A DNA stretch of 11,157 nt from Trueperaceae bacterium. Its GTDB lineage: Bacteria > Deinococcota > Deinococci > Deinococcales > Trueperaceae. The stretch spans positions 56,900 through 68,056 of the forward strand of contig JBBDRK010000029.1 of NCBI GenBank assembly GCA_040905465.1, given 5' to 3'. The notes beneath the pieces were generated by a model, which searched no databases, had not been told where the DNA came from, and worked only from the letters and a program-made list of their open reading frames with translations. Of this stretch, positions 1 through 7,478 are shown piece by piece. Both the position numbers and the translations under genes were made by a program. How positions within the stretch are numbered: position 1 is the stretch's first letter; every line of letters begins with the position of its first letter.

Positions 1-118
1 TACCAAGACGCTTCGCCCGAGGGCTCCGCTGTGGCACAGGTACCAAGACGCTCCGCTGTGGCACAGGTACCAAGACGCTTCGCTGTGGCACAGGTACCAA
101 GACGCTTCGCTGTGGCAC
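1..118. repeat. Head-to-tail tandem array of a 27-bp hairpin-forming unit (one 40-bp long form), possibly truncated by the window edge
   Basis: Unit TACCAAGACGCT(T/C)CGCTGTGGCACAGG starts at 1, 41, 68 and 95. The last copy ends at 118 without AGG. The first copy has 13 extra nt containing GCCCGAGGGC. There are no unique spacers. Confidence 0.95.
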
Positions 119-158
119 GCGAGTAAAGTTTCATGGATGCCCCGACTTCTGCTCCGCC

Positions 159-164
159 TATAAT
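159..164 (+). promoter_or_regulatory. Putative -10 element for a leaderless or near-leaderless PP2C transcript
   Basis: Perfect TATAAT 9 nt before ATG 174 in GC-rich DNA. No Shine-Dalgarno and no clear -35. Confidence 0.65.
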
Positions 165-173
165 CGAGCCACT

Positions 174-1157
174 ATGGGTGTGCTGGGTCCAGCAGAGACC
201 GGCTCCCACACGCGGGTCCGTTTTGCTGGTAAGAGCGCGGCGGGTCGGGTACGGGCGGTCAACCAGGATAGCTTCTTCGTGGGCGAGATCATCGGCCGCG
301 GTTTTCTGGCGATGGTTGCCGACGGTATGGGCGGGCACCAGTCCGGCGAAGTGGCGAGCCGCAAGGCTATCGAGATAGTTCGGTCCGAGTTCGAAAAGAG
401 CCGGGCCCAGTCGCCTGCGGCTCTGGCCAGGGCGGTTCGCACCGCCAATCTCGGGATCGTCGATTACGCTGCCGAGCATCCGGAGAGCTTCGGGATGGGC
501 ACCACCCTCACCGCGGTCCTGCTCGATGACCAGATTGGACTGGTGGCCCACGTCGGAGACTCCCGCGCCTACCTGCTCCGGGGGAGCGAGATCAGGCCGC
601 TCACCTACGATCACTCGTGGGTCGCCGACCGGGTCCGGCAAGGACTACTCACCGAGGGAGAGGCGCGCCGTCATCGGTACCGCAACATCATCACCAACGC
701 CCTCGGCGCGGCGCCCGAGATCCGGCTCGACGTGCTGCATTTCGAAGTCCGCGAGGGCGACCGTATCCTCCTGTGCAGCGACGGCGCCAGCATGCTGCTG
801 CCCGACCCCCTGTTGCACACCCTTGCCGGCGAGGAGGACCCGGAAGCGGCCAGCAGCCGCATAATCGCCGAAGCGGACGACCGGGGCAGCCCGGACAACG
901 TCACGGCCGTGGTGCTGGAAGTCGAATCGCTCGAGCATCGCCCGAAGCGCTACGCCCTGCCGGCGGAGTCGTCCGTGCCCGAGTCGGTGAACCTGAGCGA
1001 GACCATGAGCGGGATCCGCCGCATCGAGGAAGCGTTCGCCGTACAGGATCTGTTCGCGAAGCTTCGGCGGCAGCAGTGGTACCCGTACCGGATCTGGCTT
1101 TTGGGGTCGCTCTACCTGCTGCTTCTGATCGTCATATTCTCGCTGTCCAGCCGCTGA
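174..1157 (+). CDS. PP2C/PPM-family Ser/Thr protein phosphatase (Stp1/PrpC-like) with C-terminal membrane anchor
   Basis: Motifs [56 protein letters not shown] and DNVT are present. Hydrophobic C-terminus [18 protein letters not shown]. Confidence 0.95.
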   Translation: MGVLGPAETGSHTRVRFAGKSAAGRVRAVNQDSFFVGEIIGRGFLAMVADGMGGHQSGEVASRKAIEIVRSEFEKSRAQSPAALARAVRTANLGIVDYAAEHPESFGMGTTLTAVLLDDQIGLVAHVGDSRAYLLRGSEIRPLTYDHSWVADRVRQGLLTEGEARRHRYRNIITNALGAAPEIRLDVLHFEVREGDRILLCSDGASMLLPDPLLHTLAGEEDPEAASSRIIAEADDRGSPDNVTAVVLEVESLEHRPKRYALPAESSVPESVNLSETMSGIRRIEEAFAVQDLFAKLRRQQWYPYRIWLLGSLYLLLLIVIFSLSSR

Positions 1158-1200
1158 GGAGAAGCGCGGCCGGCGTCCTCGTCGCCCGCCGTCCGCGCAT

Positions 1201-1250
1201 ACCGCCGCCTTCTGTCGCCTTCGGCCGCCTACCGCCGCACACCGCCGCAT
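1201..1250. repeat. Five degenerate 10-bp tandem repeats, consensus (A/T)CCGCCGC(C/A)T
   Basis: accgccgcct / tctgtcgcct / tcggccgcct / accgccgcac / accgccgcat, lying between the PP2C gene and ridA. Confidence 0.75.
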
Positions 1251-1276
1251 GACCGCTGGAGCGCGGTGCTGCGCGG

Positions 1277-1282
1277 TAGAGT
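1277..1282 (+). promoter_or_regulatory. Putative -10 element of a leaderless ridA transcript
   Basis: TAGAGT (TAnnnT) 5 nt before ATG 1288; no canonical SD. Confidence 0.55.
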
Positions 1283-1287
1283 GGGGC

Positions 1288-1695
1288 ATGGCCAGAGAGA
1301 CGATCAGCACGCAGGAGGCGCCTTCGGCAATCGGTCCCTACAGCCAGGCGATCAGGGCGGGTCAACTGCTCTTCACCTCGGGGCAGATTCCCTTGCGAAC
1401 CGACGGCAGCCTCGTTCCGGGAGACATCCGGGCCCAGACCCGGCAAGTCATGCAAAACCTGCAGGCGGTACTCGAGGCGGGCGGTTCCAGCCTCGAGCAG
1501 GTGGTCAAATGCACCTGCTTCCTCGCCGACATGGACGACTTCGCAGTCGTCAACGAAGTCTACGGAGAGTTCTTCGGAAGCGAGCCGCCGGCGCGCAGCG
1601 CCGTGCAGGTGGCCCGCCTGCCGCGCGACGTGGCGATCGAGATCGAAGCGGTCGCCGTGGTGAGTTCCGTGGCGAGCGATCCGGTGAAATCCTGA
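1288..1695 (+). CDS. ridA: RidA/YjgF/UK114-family reactive intermediate (enamine/imine) deaminase
   Basis: Motifs [36 protein letters not shown] (conserved Arg) and IEIEAVA. Start moved from 1249 to ATG 1288, which gives a family-typical length of 135 aa. Confidence 0.93.
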   Translation: MARETISTQEAPSAIGPYSQAIRAGQLLFTSGQIPLRTDGSLVPGDIRAQTRQVMQNLQAVLEAGGSSLEQVVKCTCFLADMDDFAVVNEVYGEFFGSEPPARSAVQVARLPRDVAIEIEAVAVVSSVASDPVKS

Positions 1696-1748
1696 TGCAG
1701 TCTGGCAAGCTCCCGATGCAGACGCGTCTTGTCCGCCTAGTTTCGCCG

Positions 1749-1780
1749 GCGCCGGCCGTAACGGCGGCCGGCGCGAGGAG
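1749..1780 (+). promoter_or_regulatory. 10-bp GC stem-loop directly followed by a Shine-Dalgarno
   Basis: GCGCCGGCCG (1749-1758), loop TAACGG, CGGCCGGCGC (1765-1774), then GAGGAG (1775-1780) 6 nt before GTG 1787. Confidence 0.6.
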
Positions 1781-1786
1781 CGCGCC

Positions 1787-2398
1787 GTGAGGGAGAAGAT
1801 AATCGACATCGCGTTGATCGTGACGCTGATAGTCGTGGCCTTCGGCATCACCTGGACGCTGCTCACCCTCAACCGCAGTCAGGCCCGGCCGCCGGAACGT
1901 CCGGCGGCCGCCGAGCGGTCCTCTGCCAACTCGACCGAAATCACGCCGCTGCCGGTCGATCCGTCGGTTCGCGTGCAGCAAAACGCCGGCCAACCGACGG
2001 TCCCCAACCGGCAGGATGCCGCTGCCGCCGTGCGTGAGGGCGAGCCCGCTCAAACCGAGCCGACCGAACCTCGGGTGGCGGAAGCGGAGCCGGTTCCGCC
2101 GGGACCGGTGCGGCTCGAGCGGATAGGTTTTTCGTTCGTGACCGGCGGGGCCGGTGCCTGTGGAGTGGTGCTCGAACCGTGGGAGCACGTTGCCGTCAGC
2201 CGGGAGCTCCTGGCCGCCTACGGCTGCGGCGCCGAGATAACGATCGTCCTCGATGACGATAAGGGCGGTTACGACCGGGTAGACGCGGTCATCGGCGACA
2301 CCATGAATCCGAGTTTCAGCCGCACCGTGAATATCTACGTGGCAGAGGACGAACCGGCATTCGAGTACGGTCTTACCAGCGGCACCTTGCGGCCCTGA
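1787..2398 (+). CDS. Membrane-anchored protein with Pro/Ala/Glu-rich linker and C-terminal double-psi beta-barrel (3D/RlpA/expansin-like) domain
   Basis: N-terminal TM helix IIDIALIVTLIVVAFGITWTLLTL and a low-complexity linker. The C-terminal domain has GGAGACG, VAVSRELL, GCG and GDTMNP..VNIY...AFEYG. Good SD. The family call is by visual motif recognition only. Confidence 0.7.
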   Translation: MREKIIDIALIVTLIVVAFGITWTLLTLNRSQARPPERPAAAERSSANSTEITPLPVDPSVRVQQNAGQPTVPNRQDAAAAVREGEPAQTEPTEPRVAEAEPVPPGPVRLERIGFSFVTGGAGACGVVLEPWEHVAVSRELLAAYGCGAEITIVLDDDKGGYDRVDAVIGDTMNPSFSRTVNIYVAEDEPAFEYGLTSGTLRP

Positions 2399-2428
2399 CC
2401 GCTGCGCCCAGGCGTCAGGGCGCAGCGG
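2399..2428. terminator. 11-bp stem-loop between convergent genes (possible bidirectional terminator or 3' stabiliser, no U-tract)
   Basis: CCGCTGCGCCC (2399-2409), 8-nt loop, GGGCGCAGCGG (2418-2428). It lies between the + stop at 2398 and the sdhB stop at 2435. Confidence 0.65.
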
Positions 2429-2434
2429 AGACCG

Positions 2435-3133
2435 TCAGGCCCGGCTTCGCACCAGCTCCCGCTTCACCTGCTCGATCGCCTGGGTGATCGGTATGTCGCG
2501 CGGGCACGCCTCGGTGCAGTTGAATGCGGTTCGGCAGCGCCAGACTCCGTTCATCCTGTTCAAGACCTCGATTCGCTGGGCGCTGCCCTGGTCGCGAGAG
2601 TCGAAGATGAACCGGTGGGCATTCACTATCGCAGCAGGGCCGATGTACCGGCCGTTGGTCCAGAACACCGGGCACGACGAGGTGCAGGCGGCGCACAGGA
2701 TGCACTTGGTGCTGGCGTCGAAGATCTCCCGGTCTTCCGGACTCTGAAGCCTCTCGCCGGCCGGTTCCGGATCGTCGTTGATGAAGAAGGGCATGACTGC
2801 TTCGTAGGAGTCGAAGAACGGCTCCATGTCCACGATCAGGTCCTTGAGCACCGACATCCCGCGCAATGGCTCGATGGTTATTCGCTCGCCGAGGTCTCTC
2901 ACCAGCAACTTGCAGGCGAGCCGGTTGGCGCCGTTGATCATCATCGCGTCGGAGCCGCAGATCCCGTGGGCGCACGAGCGCCGGAACGACAGGCTGCCGT
3001 CGACCTCCCACTTGATCTCGTGCAGCACGTCGAGCACACGGTCGCTCGGCTTGGCCTCGACGGTGTACTCCTCCCAGCGCGGGCGCTTGTCGCTCTCCGG
3101 GTCGTACCTCTTGATTCTGACGGAAATTTGCAT
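2435..3133 (-). CDS. sdhB: Succinate dehydrogenase iron-sulfur subunit
   Basis: [2Fe-2S] motif RRSCAHGICGSD...RLAC, plus CILCAACTSSCP and CRTAFNCTEACP. Start revised to ATG 3133 (MQISVRIKRYDP), with AGGA 5 nt upstream. Confidence 0.97.
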   Translation of the reverse strand: MQISVRIKRYDPESDKRPRWEEYTVEAKPSDRVLDVLHEIKWEVDGSLSFRRSCAHGICGSDAMMINGANRLACKLLVRDLGERITIEPLRGMSVLKDLIVDMEPFFDSYEAVMPFFINDDPEPAGERLQSPEDREIFDASTKCILCAACTSSCPVFWTNGRYIGPAAIVNAHRFIFDSRDQGSAQRIEVLNRMNGVWRCRTAFNCTEACPRDIPITQAIEQVKRELVRSRA

Positions 3134-3181
3134 CTGGTTCCTATCGTTGCACGGCGACACCGCCGGCACGGGTGTACGCGC

Positions 3182-4927
3182 TCAGTAGACGCGCGCCTTC
3201 GGTTCGTATCTACCGAGCGTAACGGGCTTGTAGTTGATGCGCACGCCATCTCCCTCGCGGAAAACCATGGTGTGCTTGAGCCAGACGCCGTCCTCACGCT
3301 CCTTGAAATCCTCGCGTGAGTGGGCGCCGCGCGACTCCCGTCGGTTCAGCGCGGCATGCACCAGCATCTCCGCGTTGTCGAGAAGGAATCCCAGCTCCAG
3401 CGCTTCCATCAGCTCGGTGTTGTACTGGCGGCCGGGATCTTGCACCACGACGTCGCAGTAACGCGTCTTCAACTCGTCCAGGATCCGCAACTGACCGCTG
3501 AGCGTCTCGTCGGTGCGGAAGACCGAGGCGTTGTCCATCATCGTCGACTGCAACTCCTTGCGGATTCGCGAGACCCTTTCGCTGACGGCCCCGCCGCCGT
3601 TGGTGGTGCGGTCGATCAACTCGCGGGCGCGCTCCTGGGCGTCGACCGGCAGGTCACCATAGGCGCGCCCGGCAGCGTAACTCGCGGCGTTCACGCCGGC
3701 GCGGCGGCCGAAGACGATCAGGTCGCCGAGCGAATTGGTGCCCAGCCGGTTGGCGCCGTGAAGGCTGGCGCAGGCGACCTCGCCGGCCGCGAAGAGCCCG
3801 GGTACGACGGTGTTGGCGCCATCCATGATCACGTTGGTGTCGATAGTGGTAGGGATGCCGCCCATCGCATAGTGAGCTGTCGGTTGCACCGGAACCGGGG
3901 CCGTCACGGGATCGACCCCGAGGTAGATCCGCGCGAACTCGGTGACGTCCGGCAGCCGCGATTCGATGATGTCCGCGTCGATGTGGGTGAGGTCGAGCAG
4001 GATGTGGTCCCTGTCTTCGCCGGCACCCCGCCCCTCTCGAATCTCCATGTACATCGCCCGGCTGACCATGTCGCGGGGCGCCAGGTCCTTGATGGTAGGC
4101 GCGTAGCGCTCCATGAAGCGCTCACCGTCGGCGTTGCGCAATATGCCGCCCTCGCCTCGCGCGCCCTCGGTGAGAAGCACCCCTATCTGGAAGAGGCCGG
4201 TGGGATGGAACTGATAGAACTCGGGATCCTCGATGGGGATTCCCCGGCGCCACACCACGCTCATCAGGTCGCCGGTCAATGCGTGGGCGTTGGAGGTGAC
4301 CTTGAACATCCGCCCGTTGCCGCCGGTAGCCAGCACTACCGCTTTGGCGTGAAAGGTGTGAAGCTCGCCGGTGGCCAGCTCATAAGCCACCACGCCCCGG
4401 CACTCGCCCTCCTCGAGGATGATGTCGAGAACGTGGAACTCGTTGAAGAAGGTGACGTTGTTCTTGATCGACTGCTGGTACAGCGTCTGCAGGATCATGT
4501 GGCCGGTCCGGTCGGCGGCGTAGCAGGCGCGCTCGACTGCAGACTTGCCGAACTCGCGGGTGTGGCCGCCGAACTTGCGCTGGGCGATGCGCCCCTCGGG
4601 TGTCCGGCTGAAGGGCAGGCCCATGTGCTCGAGCTCGTATACAGCGTCGACCACCTCGTGGGCGAACGCCTCGGCGACGTCCTGATCGGTGAGGTAGTCA
4701 CCGCCTTTGACCGTGTCGAAAGCGTGCCACTCGGGGTGGTCCTCGGTCACGTTGCCGAGCGCCGCCCCAACCCCGCCCTGCGCGGCTCCAGTGTGCGAGC
4801 GGGTGGGGTACAGCTTGCTGATCACCGCTACCGAGACGTTGGGGTTCTGGGCGGCGTAGCGGGCGGCCATCAGCCCGGCGCCGCCGGCCCCGACCACGAT
4901 GACGTCGTGTCTGTGTGCTCGTTTCAC
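3182..4927 (-). CDS. sdhA: Succinate dehydrogenase flavoprotein subunit
   Basis: FAD-binding VVGAGGAG, covalent-FAD His motif [42 protein letters not shown] and RRESRGAH. Confidence 0.98.
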   Translation of the reverse strand: MKRAHRHDVIVVGAGGAGLMAARYAAQNPNVSVAVISKLYPTRSHTGAAQGGVGAALGNVTEDHPEWHAFDTVKGGDYLTDQDVAEAFAHEVVDAVYELEHMGLPFSRTPEGRIAQRKFGGHTREFGKSAVERACYAADRTGHMILQTLYQQSIKNNVTFFNEFHVLDIILEEGECRGVVAYELATGELHTFHAKAVVLATGGNGRMFKVTSNAHALTGDLMSVVWRRGIPIEDPEFYQFHPTGLFQIGVLLTEGARGEGGILRNADGERFMERYAPTIKDLAPRDMVSRAMYMEIREGRGAGEDRDHILLDLTHIDADIIESRLPDVTEFARIYLGVDPVTAPVPVQPTAHYAMGGIPTTIDTNVIMDGANTVVPGLFAAGEVACASLHGANRLGTNSLGDLIVFGRRAGVNAASYAAGRAYGDLPVDAQERARELIDRTTNGGGAVSERVSRIRKELQSTMMDNASVFRTDETLSGQLRILDELKTRYCDVVVQDPGRQYNTELMEALELGFLLDNAEMLVHAALNRRESRGAHSREDFKEREDGVWLKHTMVFREGDGVRINYKPVTLGRYEPKARVY

Positions 4928-4970
4928 TCGCTGGCCTCTCGTCCGTCGTCGCCGCTGTTCACCGGCAGAC

Positions 4971-5396
4971 TCATTCCTGGTTGAGGGAGCGCACCGCGTC
5001 CCCCATCTCGTCGAAGCTGAACGCCCACAAGGTCATCGCCCCGAGCACGAAGATCACGCCCGCCACGGTGAACAGCGCCATCTTCCACCAGAAGCGCCGT
5101 TCGGGCCGCTGGACGTAGTCCTCGATGCTGTAACGAAGCCCGTTCATGCCGTGGAGCATCGCGAATCCCAACAGGAAGGTGTCGTAGACGCGTACCCAGC
5201 TCTTGCTCAGCCTCTCGGCCACGTAGGCGTAGTCGACCTCGGCCACGTTTACCTGGATGTTGTTGAACCATACGTGGCCCAAAACCAGGAACACCAGCAC
5301 CAGCCCCGAGATGCGCATGAACACCCACCAGCCGAGCTCGGCGTTGCTGCTGTAGGTGGAGCGGGCCTCCCGCAGAGTTCTCGGTCGCACCGCCAC
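4971..5396 (-). CDS. sdhD: Succinate dehydrogenase hydrophobic membrane anchor subunit
   Basis: Three TM segments and motifs [12 protein letters not shown] and [14 protein letters not shown]. The GTG start is 1 nt after the sdhC stop. Confidence 0.93.
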   Translation of the reverse strand: MAVRPRTLREARSTYSSNAELGWWVFMRISGLVLVFLVLGHVWFNNIQVNVAEVDYAYVAERLSKSWVRVYDTFLLGFAMLHGMNGLRYSIEDYVQRPERRFWWKMALFTVAGVIFVLGAMTLWAFSFDEMGDAVRSLNQE

Positions 5397-5397
5397 T

Positions 5398-5757
5398 TTA
5401 GATCCCCGCCCAGATCTCGGGGAGAACCTTGAACAGCACGGGAACGCCTACCGCCAACGTGATGGCCAGTACCCCGTACCACATCGAGCGCTGGTACTTC
5501 ACACCCCATTCGGTGAAGTCCATCAATATGATCCGCAGGCCGTTGAAGGCGTGATAGACCACGGCGGCCATGATCATCACCAGACCTATGCGAAACGGCC
5601 AGCGGTGATAGAAAGCCAAAAACGCGTTGAACGGACCCTCGGGTCCGTACATCACCAGGCTGATGTCGACGACGTGCAGCAGAAGGTAGAGCGCCAACGC
5701 CACACCCGACAGCCGGTGAAGGATGAAGGCCCACTGGCCTTCTCGACCTCGGTACAT
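5398..5757 (-). CDS. sdhC: Succinate dehydrogenase cytochrome b subunit
   Basis: MYRGREGQWAFILHRLSG, LLLHVVD and YHAFNGLRIILMD, with three TM segments. Start revised to ATG 5757, which has AGGAGG (5765-5770) 7 nt upstream. Confidence 0.95.
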   Translation of the reverse strand: MYRGREGQWAFILHRLSGVALALYLLLHVVDISLVMYGPEGPFNAFLAFYHRWPFRIGLVMIMAAVVYHAFNGLRIILMDFTEWGVKYQRSMWYGVLAITLAVGVPVLFKVLPEIWAGI

Positions 5758-5853
5758 CTGGAAACCTCCTCGGCCCGCTCCCGGCTTCCACGGATAGGGG
5801 ACGGGCGCATAACCGCGTTGCGGGCCGGTAGCGGCCGCTTGCATCTCGATCGG

Positions 5854-5862
5854 AGAATATCA
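5854..5862 (-). promoter_or_regulatory. Putative extended -10 promoter of sdhCDAB
   Basis: The minus strand reads TG-A-TATTCT (TGnTAnnnT) about 100 nt upstream of sdhC; no recognisable -35. Confidence 0.5.
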
Positions 5863-5896
5863 CGTGCTCAGGCCCGCTTCGGCAGTCGCCCCACTC

Positions 5897-5925
5897 TTGA
5901 CGCCCTCCCGCGCCTCGCCTAGCAT
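5897..5925 (+). promoter_or_regulatory. Sigma70-type promoter of the M16 peptidase genes
   Basis: TTGACG (5897-5902), 17-nt spacer, TAGCAT (5920-5925). Confidence 0.7.
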
Positions 5926-5975
5926 GGCGACACCAGGAGTGAACACCGGAACCATCTCGGTGAGAAGGGGGAGCC

Positions 5976-7478
5976 ATGCCTCTGATGTGGTGGTTGATCG
6001 CCCTCGCGTTTGCGCCCTATGCCGCGGCGCAGGTCGCCGACGGCGGCGCGGACCTGGCTAACCGGGTTAGCGAGGCGCAACTCGAGAACGGACTGAGGAT
6101 TCTGCTGGTGGAAGACCGGAGCGCACCGGTCATCGCCTTCAACCTGATGTTTGGTGTGGGAGGGGTAGACGAGCCCGACGGACTCGGCGGCATCGCCCAC
6201 ATGGTCGAGCACATGGCTTTCAAGGGAACGAGTACTGTGGGCAGCATCGATCCCGAGGCGGAGCGGCGCACGCTGGCGGAACTGGAGATGCGGGCGCTGG
6301 CCCTCGCCTACCTGCGCAGGGAGGGAACGGCGGACGAACTGGCCGCCGAACAGAACGCCTTTTCCGAGGCGAGCGAACGGGCGCAGTCGCTCGCCCGGCC
6401 CGCTGCCCTCGATGACCTGCTTTCGCGGGCCGGGGCCGTAGGTCTCAACGCCTCGACCGGCTACGACTACACCTCCTACGTCGTGGAGTTGCCGTCCAAC
6501 CGCCTGGAGCTGTACGCACGTATCTATGCCGACGTCCTGCGCGACACCGAATTCCGCTACTTCTACCCTGAACGCGACGTAGTCCGTCAGGAGCGCAGGC
6601 AGCGAAACGAGGACGATCCCCAGGGCTTCCTGTTCGAAGCCTTCCTGGGGGCCGCCTTCGAGCGTCACCCCTACGGTCGACCGCTGATCGGCGCCGCCGA
6701 GGTCATCGACAGCTACCGAGCTGTCCAGGCCAAGGCGTTCTTCGAGGCCTTCTACCACCCGGGCGCGGCGGTGCTGGTGCTGGTCGGTGACGTCGAGCCG
6801 GAACGCGACTTGCCGGTGCTCGAACGCTACTTCGGGACCGTTCCGGCGGGCAGGGCACCGCCGTACGCCGTACCGGCCGAACCTCGGCAGACGCGGGAGC
6901 TGCGCGTCGAGGTCGAATACGATGCCCAGCCCCAGGTGGCCGTCGGCTGGCACAAGCCAACCTATCCCGAGCGCGACGCCTTCGTTCTCGACCTGGTCGA
7001 TGCGCTCCTGAGCAGCGGTCGCACCTCGCGGCTACACCGCCGGATGATCCTGGAGGATCAGTTGGCGCTCAACGTGACCACCTCGGCGGCCTACCCGGGC
7101 ATACGCCACCCCAACCTGTTCCTCTTTTACGGTCAACCTCGCTCACCCAACGGGCCGGAAGAGCTCGAGGCGGCCCTGTATCAGGAACTCGAGCGGCTAA
7201 AGTCGTCGCCGATCGGCAACGACGAGCTGTCCAAGGTCAAGAACCAGGTGCGGGCCAACACCGTCAGGTCGCTGAACTCGAACAGCGGCCTGGCTTCGGC
7301 ACTGGCCTTCCACGAACTGTTCGCGGGCGGCTGGGAACGCTTGGTAGCCGATCTGGAGATCTACGAGTCGATCACGGCCGAGGAGATCCAGGAGGTCTCG
7401 CGACGGATATTCACACCCGAGAACCGCACCGTGGGGATCCTGCTTACCACGGGTGGCGCTGGAGAAGGGAGCCGGTGA
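5976..7478 (+). CDS. M16B (pitrilysin/insulinase family) zinc peptidase, catalytic subunit, predicted exported
   Basis: Inverted zincin HMVEH (6198-6212) in GGIAHMVEHMAFKGT, plus LNASTGYDYT, ERDVVRQERRQR, HPYGRPLIG and FYHP. Signal-peptide-like N-terminus ending AAA-Q. Confidence 0.93.
   Translation: MPLMWWLIALAFAPYAAAQVADGGADLANRVSEAQLENGLRILLVEDRSAPVIAFNLMFGVGGVDEPDGLGGIAHMVEHMAFKGTSTVGSIDPEAERRTLAELEMRALALAYLRREGTADELAAEQNAFSEASERAQSLARPAALDDLLSRAGAVGLNASTGYDYTSYVVELPSNRLELYARIYADVLRDTEFRYFYPERDVVRQERRQRNEDDPQGFLFEAFLGAAFERHPYGRPLIGAAEVIDSYRAVQAKAFFEAFYHPGAAVLVLVGDVEPERDLPVLERYFGTVPAGRAPPYAVPAEPRQTRELRVEVEYDAQPQVAVGWHKPTYPERDAFVLDLVDALLSSGRTSRLHRRMILEDQLALNVTTSAAYPGIRHPNLFLFYGQPRSPNGPEELEAALYQELERLKSSPIGNDELSKVKNQVRANTVRSLNSNSGLASALAFHELFAGGWERLVADLEIYESITAEEIQEVSRRIFTPENRTVGILLTTGGAGEGSR

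Noticed and set aside
1..118. CRISPR array (repeat size 27-40 bp, terminal pairing GTACCA...TGGCAC)
   Set aside because: Units are directly head-to-tail with no unique spacers. The length variation is inside the repeat. No cas gene or AT-rich leader is in the window.
1..118. 9-amino-acid coding repeat (27 bp = 9 codons)
   Set aside because: The 40-bp copy shifts the frame by 13 nt, and the variation conserves DNA structure rather than a reading frame. It cannot be fully excluded without upstream sequence.
2945..2985. Asp instead of the third Cys in the SdhB [2Fe-2S] motif (CAHGICGSD)
   Set aside because: A known normal variant; E. coli SdhB also has Asp at this position.
3320..4984. 554-aa + strand ORF antisense to sdhA
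   Set aside because: Shadow ORF typical of high-GC codon bias. It has no recognisable motifs and overlaps the well-conserved sdhA on the opposite strand for almost its whole length.
5919..6953. 344-aa minus-strand ORF, and the similar antisense or alternate-frame ORFs at 645-1310, 1132-1872, 2615-3319, 5249-5977 and 10450-11151
   Set aside because: They overlap confidently identified genes, have Arg/Pro/Gly/Ala-rich non-protein-like composition and show no family motifs.
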